Assembly (NCBI GenBank): GCA_964574415.1
Contig: CAZNNM010000002.1
Span: 311,141 to 375,140, forward strand
Origin: an uncultured Rickettsiales bacterium
GTDB taxonomy: Bacteria > Pseudomonadota > Alphaproteobacteria > Rickettsiales > CAZNNM01
Direction of reading: 5' to 3'
DNA: 64,000 nt
Shown here piece by piece: positions 30,009-38,937 of this stretch (positions are counted from its first letter, which is position 1; each line of letters opens with the position of its first letter). The notes beneath the pieces were generated by a model. It was not told the origin of the DNA, made no database searches, and saw nothing but the letters and a program-made list of their open reading frames with translations. The translations under genes were made by a program, and so were the position numbers.

Positions 30009-31135
30009 CTTCCACCTCCATCGGCTTTAAGCCTTCACCCGAAATCCGTGCAGCAAGCGCTGCGGTGATGAAATTATCCAAATCGCCATCCAGCACACCA
30101 GCTGTATTGGTATTCTCCACCCGTGTACGCAGGTCTTTCACCATTTGATAAGGCTGCAATACATAAGACCGGATCTGATGCCCCCAGCCATTATCGGTTT
30201 TACTGGCATTGGTAATCTCCGCCACCTCTTCACGCTTTTTAATCTCTAACTCATAAAGACGCGCTTTTAACATCAGCATGGCTTCTGCGCGGTTGCGGTG
30301 TTGGGAGCGGTCGTTTTGGCATTGCACGACAATGTTGGTAGGAATATGCGTAATACGCACGGCACTATCGGTAGTGTTCACATGCTGCCCACCTGCACCA
30401 GAGGAGCGGAATGTATCCACCCGCAGGTCTTTTTCGTTAATTTCGATAGTGATATTATCATCCACCACCGGATAGACCCACACACTCGCGAAACTCGTCT
30501 GCCGCTTGCCTGCCGAATTAAACGGAGACATCCGCACCAAACGATGCACCCCACTCTCCGTCTTTGCCCAGCCATAGGCGTTATGGCCGCTCACCTTAAT
30601 AGTAGTCGATTTGATTCCCGCCTCTTCACCAGGCAATTGATCAATCAATGTGATTTTGAAACGGTGGCGCTCTGCCCAGCGTGTATACATACGCAGCAAC
30701 ATCTCTGCCCAATCCTGGCTTTCGGTGCCGCCTGCGCCGGAATGGATTTCAAGGAAACAATCATTCCCATCCGCTTCACCGGAAAATAAACATTCGACTT
30801 CCAGTTCTTTAGCTTGTGCTGCGATATCCTGAATAGCCGATTCTGCCTCTTGCACCATCGCCGCATCGCCTTCGCTTTCAGCCATTTCGATGAGATCAAT
30901 ATTATCGGCAAGCGCCTGCATCAGCTTCTTGCAGCCCGTGACCGAACCATCCAGGTAATTACGTTCTTTTAAGATCACTTGCGCCTTAGCAGGATCATTC
31001 CATAATTCAGGATCTTCTGCGCGTTGATTGAGTTCGTCTAAACGTTTAAGGGCATTATCCCAGTCAAAGATACCTCCTTAGCAAAGCTAAGGATTGCTCG
31101 ATTTGATCAATACTATTTTGTGTTTCATTACGCAT
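29998..31135 (-). CDS. prfB: Peptide chain release factor 2, with programmed +1 frameshift after codon 23
   Basis: ATG 31135; codon 23 CTT then TGA-C; the +1 frame reads DWDNALKRLDEL... into the provided ORF, which has SPF and GGQ motifs. Confidence 0.97.
31063..31078 (-). promoter_or_regulatory. RF2 frameshift cassette
   Basis: Minus strand AGGAGG-TAT-CTT-TGA-C: internal SD plus slippery site. Confidence 0.95.
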
Positions 31136-31295
31136 AAGGATAAAGCTCACTCTAAATCAACTGATGGCGATTGTGCTGAGGAATGATAAAAAAAGCAAGG
31201 GGTTTGTATGGAATGGTTCTCGTAAACGCTTGCTGTGTCGTCTTTTACTCATATCTACATTGTTAAAAATGCCATCATCGTGTTGTCTTTACTAT

Positions 31296-31709
31296 TGTCA
31301 TCCTTGGACTTGATCGGCGTTGTTGCATGGATCACTAACCTATTGATAGTCGTCATCCCGGACTTGATCCGGGATCCACTTTTATGGGGGCGCAATGTAG
31401 AAGAATCTAGGTGAAAGCGCCAGTCTTGGTGGATTCCGGATCAAGTCCGGAATGACAAGAGCGGGATCCATCGCAAATAGAGAACAACAATACAGCGTAT
31501 AAGGCAGAATACGGCTATTGGTTTTAGATGGATTCTTGGATCAAGTCCAAGAATGACAGAGAAATATAGCACCGTCATCGCGAGCGTAAGCGCGGCGATC
31601 CAGAGCCTACATAAAGGACAGAGAAACTAACCCCTGGATTGCCACAGCCACTACGTGGCCGTGCAATGACGAAGAACCATGCAACAACCGGTTAAGTCCA
31701 AGAATGACA
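31296..31709. repeat. Large nested palindromic repeat cluster (families A and C, chimeric arms)
   Basis: Hybrid arm at 31296, complete cccgga-type pair, ccttgga-type right arm, family-C pair 31573-31671, terminal half arm. Confidence 0.9.
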
Positions 31710-31715
31710 GCATTA

Positions 31716-32432
31716 TTACCGCGCACCCGCCACTAATTCCGCCGTCGCCCGCTCAACCTGCTCTGTCAGCACACCCATAAAAGCTTTACGGTCTGTGCCG
31801 GCTGGAATTGGCGGAAGATAACGCAGTGTGATCACACCAGGTTTTTTCACAAATGCATTACGCCCCCACAACACACCGGAATTCACCGCCGCAGGAATCA
31901 CCGTTAAACCTGTATTATTATATAATGCCGCCACACCCGGATGATAGGTAGGCTCTGCCCCTACAGCACTGCGCGTCCCTTCGGGAAAAATCACAATCGG
32001 GCGGCCTTGCTGCATACGGTCTTGCGCTTGTTTAACCATATCTTTCAGCGCACTCGCCCCCGCATTACGATCCACCGCAATCATCCCCATGCGCGGCAAA
32101 TACCAGCCATAGAAGGGGAGTTTAAGCAGCTCTTTCTTCAACACATAGGCCGGCGCAGAAAGTGTGGCCAGAAATATAATCGTATCCCAGGCCGATTGGT
32201 GCTTGCAGGCAACAATATAAGACCCACTCGCAGGAAGATGCTCTTCCCCTTCAATGCGCGAGCTAATACCGCATAATAGCTTTAAAGCGCATAGCACACC
32301 TTTAGCCCAAATATGGCCGATACGAATCGCCCCTTTAGTATGCATAAACATCCAAGGCAACCCTAGAACAGCCACTCCGGCCGTCCATAGATAGAGGAAG
32401 AGATTAAACGAAAGAGAACGAATAAGAATCAT
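31716..32432 (-). CDS. plsC: 1-acyl-sn-glycerol-3-phosphate acyltransferase
   Basis: KHQSAWD (HxxxxD), KKEL, FPEGTR, PAAVNSG. Confidence 0.88.
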   Translation of the reverse strand: MILIRSLSFNLFLYLWTAGVAVLGLPWMFMHTKGAIRIGHIWAKGVLCALKLLCGISSRIEGEEHLPASGSYIVACKHQSAWDTIIFLATLSAPAYVLKKELLKLPFYGWYLPRMGMIAVDRNAGASALKDMVKQAQDRMQQGRPIVIFPEGTRSAVGAEPTYHPGVAALYNNTGLTVIPAAVNSGVLWGRNAFVKKPGVITLRYLPPIPAGTDRKAFMGVLTEQVERATAELVAGAR

Positions 32433-32437
32433 AAGTA

Positions 32438-33037
32438 TTACATATGTGAAAGGCTTTTATGGTAAATCCAACTGCCAATATATTTGGTATATTCTGAGAT
32501 AATAAGCAAGGCCGAACCTGGATACTGCCACCACTCCCGCACTTTCACCCGCTCTGGAAATACCGGATGCGGGATTAATGTGCGGTCTGGCATAGCATAA
32601 GAAAATTCTAACATAGAGCGCGGAATATGGTAATTCGCGGTCACCACCCGCAAACTCTTATAGCCTTCTAAATTTGCCCAAATAGCAGCCTCTTTGGCAT
32701 TGCCGCGGGTATTTGTCGCAAGATAGCCTAATACAATACGGTTTTTATACGGGCGCACTTGATCTTCCGTAATATCTTCCACATGCTCCAGATTATCAAT
32801 CGTCACTTCCTTACCCACACCCGAAATCAGCAACTTACCCTTATGATGCTGTTGCAAGAGATCAAGCGCTGTGCTTAAGCGGATGCTCCCGCCCGTCAAC
32901 ACTACAATCCCATCGGTGATACTATAATCATGTGAAGGCTCTTGAGGGATTTGCTTGATAAACCACACCAGCCCGATAAACCAGGTAATAGCGATATAAG
33001 TAATAACTAAGAGGCTAAAACGTATAATCATGATCAC
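32438..33037 (-). CDS. YdcF/DUF218-family protein
   Basis: GIVVLTGG, LISG, NTRGNA, VVTANYHIPRS. Confidence 0.88.
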   Translation of the reverse strand: MIMIIRFSLLVITYIAITWFIGLVWFIKQIPQEPSHDYSITDGIVVLTGGSIRLSTALDLLQQHHKGKLLISGVGKEVTIDNLEHVEDITEDQVRPYKNRIVLGYLATNTRGNAKEAAIWANLEGYKSLRVVTANYHIPRSMLEFSYAMPDRTLIPHPVFPERVKVREWWQYPGSALLIISEYTKYIGSWIYHKSLSHM

Positions 33038-33483
33038 TCAGAGCGATGGATACTATCGCCTATAGATATACCATATTTCTTCGCAATACCAGCATTAAGC
33101 TCAAGCACAGCAGAAACTGGCCCGGAGGAAGAGATACTTTTTAATGAACCTGGTGTATAGGCGGTATGGATTTTGATGATACGGTTGGTAGTATCGATAA
33201 ACAGCATATCAAGCGGTATCAGCGTATCCTTCATCCACATGGCAATCGATTGTGGCTCTTCAAATACAAATAACATACCTGCATCTTCCGCCAAATGATG
33301 ACGCCCTTGCAAGCCCTTCATACGCTGAAGCGGAGTATCTGCTATTTCCACCTGGAAATCATAGGTTTTTCCGCTCTTTGTGAGAATAAAAAACGATTCC
33401 CGAGGCATAGAACCAGCCCATGCTGGTGTATGTATCACCAGAGCCAAAAGAATCGCCCATGCGAAAATAATATGCTGCCTCAT
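33034..33483 (-). CDS. DUF192-family protein
   Basis: VEIADTP..R.KGL, GMLFVF, MWMKDTLIPLDMLF, VLELNAG; the longer listed start runs into a repeat. Confidence 0.88.
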   Translation of the reverse strand: MRQHIIFAWAILLALVIHTPAWAGSMPRESFFILTKSGKTYDFQVEIADTPLQRMKGLQGRHHLAEDAGMLFVFEEPQSIAMWMKDTLIPLDMLFIDTTNRIIKIHTAYTPGSLKSISSSGPVSAVLELNAGIAKKYGISIGDSIHRSE

Positions 33484-33521
33484 ACATAAATAGTATCGCA
33501 GCGCTAGAAGATTAGCAATGG

Positions 33522-33692
33522 GGTACTGACTCATTGTGAAATTCTTGTTTGTTTTCACACTTTGTTATCCCTGGACTTGCTTTTAGATGCTATTGATTTT
33601 CCCCTGTCATTCACCGACTTGATCGGTGAATCCATCTAAAAATACAGCTTTATTATTATGGATGGATACGCCGATCAAGTCCAAGGATAACA
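33522..33692. repeat. MITE-related left end plus family-A variant with chimeric right arm
   Basis: 33522-33579 matches 43452-43509 at 51 of 58 positions; right arm TGGAT-acgccga-TCAAG-tccaagg. Confidence 0.75.
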
Positions 33693-33904
33693 AAAACTAT
33701 TTCAACAAATACCCATTCTAAAAACACCTTATTATTTCACCAAATATCACAAAATACAAAAATATTTAGCACTATACATTACTATATCAATATCACATAA
33801 AGCACAAACAACGCTAAAAACCGCCCTTTTTATGCTCCCTCTTGACCAACTTCTTGAAGCAGGTTATGACTGATAACCATTGTTATTATCAGGAGATTAC
33901 CTAT

Positions 33905-34375
33905 ATGAGCTTATCAGTTGCTATTACCCAAACTGACACTTCAAAAGACCTACCGTTACCCTCTTATGCAACGGCGCAAAGTGCAGGTATGGATTTACTG
34001 GCAGCAGTAGAGCAAGATGTGGTGCTAAAAGCAGGTGAACGTATTTTAGTGCCAACTGGCATTAGCATTGCACTTCCCATCGGCTATGAAGCACAAGTGC
34101 GCCCACGTTCAGGTTTGGCGTTTAAAAATGGTGTGACAGTACTCAATACACCTGGCACTATCGATGCTGATTATCGTGGCGAAATCAAAGTGATATTGCA
34201 TAATGCATCCCAAGAAGATTTCACAATCACACGCAGTATGCGTATTGCACAAATGGTGATTGCGGCCCATGCTACAGTTAGCTGGCAGCCTGTGGCTAAT
34301 CTGGATGAAACCGCACGCGGTGCGGGTGGCTTTGGTTCTACCGGCGTTCAGGCAAAAGTAGCACAAACGGCATAG
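33905..34375 (+). CDS. dut: dUTP diphosphatase
   Basis: [36 protein letters not shown]. Confidence 0.97.
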   Translation: MSLSVAITQTDTSKDLPLPSYATAQSAGMDLLAAVEQDVVLKAGERILVPTGISIALPIGYEAQVRPRSGLAFKNGVTVLNTPGTIDADYRGEIKVILHNASQEDFTITRSMRIAQMVIAAHATVSWQPVANLDETARGAGGFGSTGVQAKVAQTA

Positions 34376-34387
34376 TTATCGCAGTTT

Positions 34388-34837
34388 ATGTTCACATTAC
34401 CGAAAAAGTTTTTCTTTGCGTTAGAGGCAACCTTATATATTGCCTGCCATCTAGAGGCGCGGCCTATTAACGGCAAAGAGATTTGCAAATACCACGGCGT
34501 ATCAACACGTTACCTGGAGCCGATTTTGCAATATCTGGTGAAAGGCAAGATTCTACGCGGCGTACGCGGGCCAAAGGGAGGCTATGTACTCGCCAAAGAG
34601 CGCCGCAAAATAACGCTTGCTGATATATTCTTGCTGATGCAAGATATGGAAGCTAGCGAAACGGAGCTGTATACTTATACTGCTTTGGGCAAATCCATTA
34701 TCGTCCCGCTCTGGGTAGATATCCAGGACGAAACGATTGAACGCCTTCAACGTATCACCCTAGAGGATCTGTGGAAGCAAGTGGATGAAAAAGGCGTGGT
34801 GGAGATGTTAAAAACATCAGGCGATTTCGTGATCTAA
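34388..34837 (+). CDS. Rrf2-family transcriptional regulator
   Basis: YLEPILQYL...RGPKGGYVLA..ITL motif; upstream of cysK. Confidence 0.9.
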   Translation: MFTLPKKFFFALEATLYIACHLEARPINGKEICKYHGVSTRYLEPILQYLVKGKILRGVRGPKGGYVLAKERRKITLADIFLLMQDMEASETELYTYTALGKSIIVPLWVDIQDETIERLQRITLEDLWKQVDEKGVVEMLKTSGDFVI

Positions 34838-34894
34838 CCCGTCAACGGGACATATATATAATATTGTTTATCAACCATTATAAAGGGTAAGATA

Positions 34895-35896
34895 ATGACA
34901 GCTAAAGTAAATACTGTATCCAATACTGTGGGAAATTACACACCGCCAAGCACAGAAGGCCGCGGCAAAATCTATCCCAACATCGTCGAAACCATTGGCA
35001 ATACACCGCTGGTGCGTCTGTCTAAATTAGCAAAACAGCATAATTGCGTGGCAGATATCACAGCCAAACTCGAATTCTTCAACCCGCTCTCTTCCGTGAA
35101 AGACCGTTTGGCGCTTTCAATGATTGAAGCAGCAGAGGCTGAAGGCCGTTTGAAGGCTGATAGCCTGATTGTGGAGCCGACTTCCGGTAACACGGGGATC
35201 GCACTGGCATTTATCGCAGCCTCTAAAGGTTACCGTTTGGTGCTGACCATGCCTGAGAGCATGTCTATCGAACGTCGCAAAATGCTTAAAATACTTGGCG
35301 CTGACCTGGAATTAACACCGGCTGCAAAAGGTATGCGCGGTGCGATTGAGCGTGCAGAAGAGATCCTGCAAACCAATCCAAAAGCCATCATGCTGCAACA
35401 ATTCAAAAACCCCGCAAATCCAGCCATTCACCGCTCTACCACAGCCGAAGAAATCTGGCGTGATACAGCAGGTAAAGTGGATGTCGTGATTGCTGGTGTA
35501 GGTACCGGTGGTACAATCACAGGCTGCGCGCATGTGCTGAAACGTTATAACCCCAATGTAAAAATCATCGCTGTAGAGCCTGAAGATAGCCCAGTGCTGT
35601 CTGGCGGCAAACCTGGCCCGCATAAAATCCAAGGGATTGGTGCTGGCTTTATTCCTGATGTACTCGATCAAAGCGTGATTGATGAAGTGGTTACTATTGG
35701 TAACGAAACCTCTTTCACCATCGCGCGTCAAGTAGCGCGTATTGAAGGTGTACCAGCAGGTATTTCTTCTGGTGCAACCATTGCCGCTGCACTCGAAGTA
35801 GGCGCCCGCCCGGATATGAAAGGCAAGCTGATCGTAACCATCGTCGCTTCCTGCGCAGAGCGTTACCTGTCTACGGATCTGTTTGCGGATCTATAA
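34895..35896 (+). CDS. cysK: Cysteine synthase A
   Basis: [39 protein letters not shown]. Confidence 0.96.
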   Translation: MTAKVNTVSNTVGNYTPPSTEGRGKIYPNIVETIGNTPLVRLSKLAKQHNCVADITAKLEFFNPLSSVKDRLALSMIEAAEAEGRLKADSLIVEPTSGNTGIALAFIAASKGYRLVLTMPESMSIERRKMLKILGADLELTPAAKGMRGAIERAEEILQTNPKAIMLQQFKNPANPAIHRSTTAEEIWRDTAGKVDVVIAGVGTGGTITGCAHVLKRYNPNVKIIAVEPEDSPVLSGGKPGPHKIQGIGAGFIPDVLDQSVIDEVVTIGNETSFTIARQVARIEGVPAGISSGATIAAALEVGARPDMKGKLIVTIVASCAERYLSTDLFADL

Positions 35897-35905
35897 TATA
35901 GGGGA

Positions 35906-35989
35906 CAGGATTCGGGATTCAGGATTCAGAGGATTTATATAAAATTCGCTGACATTCTTCTGAATCCCGAATCCTGAATCCCGAATCCT
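35906..35989. repeat. Family-D heptamer inverted repeat
   Basis: CAGGATTCGGGATTCAGGATTCAGAGG...CTGAATCCCGAATCCTGAATCCCGAATCCT. Confidence 0.88.
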
Positions 35990-35992
35990 ATT

Positions 35993-36751
35993 ATGCATTT
36001 CACCGACACCCAACTCGAACGCTACTCTCGCCATATTATCTTAAAAGAAGTAGGGGCGGAGGGTCAGTATCATTTATTGCAGGCGAAAGTGCTGGTGATT
36101 GGTGCGGGTGGGCTTGGCTCTCCGGTGTTAATGTATCTGGCAGCGGCAGGTGTTGGAACATTGGGAATTGTTGATCATGATACGGTCGAACTTTCCAATC
36201 TACAGCGGCAGATTATGCATTCTGTAGAACGCATTGGCACACCAAAGGTAGCAAGTGCAGAGAAAACTCTGCATAACCTCAATCCTGATATCACCCTTCA
36301 CCTGCACCCTCTTCGACTATCTGCGGATAATGCAGCAGATATTATAGCGCCTTACGATATCGTACTAGACGGTAGCGATAATTTTGAGACGCGGTTTGTC
36401 ATCAATGATGCCTGCCTTGCTGCAAAGAAAACGCTGATCTCAGCGGCCATTCGCCAGTTTGAAGGCTATCTCTCCGTTTATAAACCCCATGCTGGCACCC
36501 ACTATCCTTGCTATCGCTGTTTGCATCCCGAAGCATTTGATGATGAATTAACATGCACACGTGGCGGCATATTAGGCTCCATCGCAGGGGTGATGGGTAC
36601 ATTACAAGCCACCGAAACCCTCAAAGAAATTCTGCAATTAGGTGAAAGCCTGGCAGGCACACTGCTCACCTATAACGCCCTCACCGCACAATTCCGCAAA
36701 ATCACTCTGCCACGCGATCCGGAATGTGTAAGCTGTCGTAATAAGGCTTAA
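35993..36751 (+). CDS. moeB: MoeB/ThiF-family adenylyltransferase
   Basis: RYSRHI, GAGGLG, SNLQRQ, CYRC and C-terminal CVSC zinc pairs; the exact pathway (moeB vs thiF) is uncertain. Confidence 0.85.
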   Translation: MHFTDTQLERYSRHIILKEVGAEGQYHLLQAKVLVIGAGGLGSPVLMYLAAAGVGTLGIVDHDTVELSNLQRQIMHSVERIGTPKVASAEKTLHNLNPDITLHLHPLRLSADNAADIIAPYDIVLDGSDNFETRFVINDACLAAKKTLISAAIRQFEGYLSVYKPHAGTHYPCYRCLHPEAFDDELTCTRGGILGSIAGVMGTLQATETLKEILQLGESLAGTLLTYNALTAQFRKITLPRDPECVSCRNKA

Positions 36752-37634
36752 GAATACCGCCCTGCACATAGAATGCCTGCGCTTCTTGCAGCGATGCTGG
36801 CAGTGGTGAAAGCTGATACATCGGCAAGGACGCATCCCCATAGATTTTAGGCAGGCTTGGCTGCAATTGATGCACAAGCCCATGATAGACACCCACCAAC
36901 ACCGCCGTAATTACATCATATGGATGCGCAGAAGCGGAGGAGACGCGGTGTTCGATATGGCGGGTATGCTCTAATACCCAACTACTGGCCGGTATGCGTA
37001 GCGCAACAGTGCGGTTATTACCGCCCCAGCTGATAGTAGTCGGCGCATCATGCTTAGCCACGAAGCGCTGATAACAATCTTCCGTAGGCGCAAAAAAGCA
37101 CATAGCCTCTTGCATACTGGCCAATAATCCTGCCATGGCATGAAGCATAATGGTGCTTTCCTGCCGCCCTTCCCCCTCACCTTCGCGCATCATCAACGGA
37201 TTGCCGTGCGGATCGCAGAGGCTGATATGGATATGCAAACTACTGCCTGGCTGATCCTCAAAGGGTTTAGCGGAAGAGTCAAAATGATAGCCCTGTTGCG
37301 CAGTAACATGCTGAAGTAAACTCGGCAGATGGGTAAGATGCTCCGCAATCGCCTCCACATCCGGGTGATGTGGCATTTGCACTTCAAATTGCCCTGCTCC
37401 ACGTTCTTTTTCGAGCGGGGCTAACGGCGTGCCAACCTGTTCGCAAGCAGCCAGTATAGCATCTGACAGCGTCGCAATAGCGGCATCATTCGCAGGAAAT
37501 GGCGACAAATAGAACTCCAACTCCGCACCAATCACTGGTACACAGTGCAATTCATTATGAAACTGAGAGAGAATGTGAGAGAGGCGGTGTTTTTGGGCCT
37601 CGGTAATTGTATGAAGGGGCGGTGCGTCAAACAC
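36702..37634 (-). CDS. Glutamine synthetase-like protein, catalytic domain only
   Basis: GAELEFY, EKERGAGQFE, GSSLHIHISL, WGGNNRT.ALRIP, IEHR; no N-terminal beta-grasp domain. Confidence 0.85.
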   Translation of the reverse strand: MFDAPPLHTITEAQKHRLSHILSQFHNELHCVPVIGAELEFYLSPFPANDAAIATLSDAILAACEQVGTPLAPLEKERGAGQFEVQMPHHPDVEAIAEHLTHLPSLLQHVTAQQGYHFDSSAKPFEDQPGSSLHIHISLCDPHGNPLMMREGEGEGRQESTIMLHAMAGLLASMQEAMCFFAPTEDCYQRFVAKHDAPTTISWGGNNRTVALRIPASSWVLEHTRHIEHRVSSASAHPYDVITAVLVGVYHGLVHQLQPSLPKIYGDASLPMYQLSPLPASLQEAQAFYVQGGILKPYYDSLHIPDRVAE

Positions 37635-37652
37635 GTTTAGCCCCTTCGTACA

Positions 37653-37976
37653 TTATGCAGCAATAATGGATTCAACCCACTCATACAGGCTGCTTTTCGG
37701 CATAGAGCCTACTTTGGTTGCGCTAGCCTGGCCGTTTTTGAAAATAATCAGCGTAGGAATACCGCGCACACCAAATTTCGCCGGTGTATCAGGGTTTTTA
37801 TCAATATTTACTTTGATAACTTTCAGCTTGCCTTCCATGTCATTTGCCAGCTCATCGATGATTGGCGAAAGTTGACGGCATGGCATGCACCATTCAGCCC
37901 AGAAATCCACTAAAACCGGCGTCGTCGCCTGTAAAACATCTGTCTGGAAATTGCTATCGGTTGTTTCTAAAGCCAT
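37653..37976 (-). CDS. trxA: Thioredoxin
   Basis: VDFWAEWCMPC, VRGIPTL. Confidence 0.93.
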   Translation of the reverse strand: MALETTDSNFQTDVLQATTPVLVDFWAEWCMPCRQLSPIIDELANDMEGKLKVIKVNIDKNPDTPAKFGVRGIPTLIIFKNGQASATKVGSMPKSSLYEWVESIIAA

Positions 37977-38032
37977 AAAATAGCTCCTTTCTATAGTACC
38001 ATCTATCTAATATGGAGATTAAAGCCAGGAAG

Positions 38033-38812
38033 TCAAGGCTTAAGGCTAAATTTCGCTTTTTTCAGCTCGCTATCCATGTATTTTTGCACCGCTTGCTGTG
38101 AAAGCTCATGGCGAATGCCAAAAGAGGCTGTTTCATAAGGCAAAATCTGAATATCACGCTTATCATAAAGCGTCAGCGTATGCCAGCCAAGGGATGTCTG
38201 GATAGGCTGGGAAATATCGCCAGGATTGAGCGAAAACAATATTTTCTCTACATTTGCTGGCAACATGCCTTCCTGCACATAGCCAATCTCAGTTTGATAG
38301 GTTTGGGGCGTTTTATCAATAATCGATTGAATTCGCTTACATTCCTTCAATCCCTCCCCAATATGCAAAGCACTCGGACGGCTAGGGCTTAGCACTTGGT
38401 GAAATAATGCCTCTTTCTTTCCCCTTACCTTGGATACCGACTCATTATATTGTTTTCTAACCGAATTATCCCCAATATTGCTGGATAAAGCGCGTTTGAG
38501 ATATTCGGTTTGGATATAGTCCTCTTTCATTTTCGCCAGCGCTTTTTGGGTGGCAGGTTCATCAGCAATGCCGGATTTGGCAATCGCTTCATCCAACAAA
38601 ATCTTGCCAGTCATACTGCGGATAAGTTGTTTTTGCTCTTTGACAGGATAATCTTCCAGTGAGGTTTTTTTGCCAAATACCTCCGTAAGCTTCGCTTCGA
38701 TTTGAGACGCTTTGATCTTGCGGCCATCAATAGTAGCCACCACATTATCTGCATGCGCCATAACAGGCAATACACAACCTAGAACACTAAAAACAATCAC
38801 CCAGAAACGCAT
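38033..38812 (-). CDS. Parvulin/PrsA-like exported peptidylprolyl isomerase or chaperone
   Basis: Signal peptide, VVATIDG, SQPIQTSLGWH motif; divergent from secA. Confidence 0.7.
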   Translation of the reverse strand: MRFWVIVFSVLGCVLPVMAHADNVVATIDGRKIKASQIEAKLTEVFGKKTSLEDYPVKEQKQLIRSMTGKILLDEAIAKSGIADEPATQKALAKMKEDYIQTEYLKRALSSNIGDNSVRKQYNESVSKVRGKKEALFHQVLSPSRPSALHIGEGLKECKRIQSIIDKTPQTYQTEIGYVQEGMLPANVEKILFSLNPGDISQPIQTSLGWHTLTLYDKRDIQILPYETASFGIRHELSQQAVQKYMDSELKKAKFSLKP

Positions 38813-38937
38813 ATTACTATTCCTTCTCTAAAGACCCTTGAAATTCCTGTATCACATCTTACGTAATAGGGGTAGTTTTTATTCTGCGAATAGGCTATAA
38901 GCAACCTCTAGGGTTTATTATATAAGGATTCTAAAGC

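Noticed and set aside
31296-31709. CRISPR array (also considered at 10794-11219 and 41674-41907)
   Set aside because: Units are inverted pairs of variable sequence with irregular spacing, not direct repeats with constant-length spacers; no cas genes.
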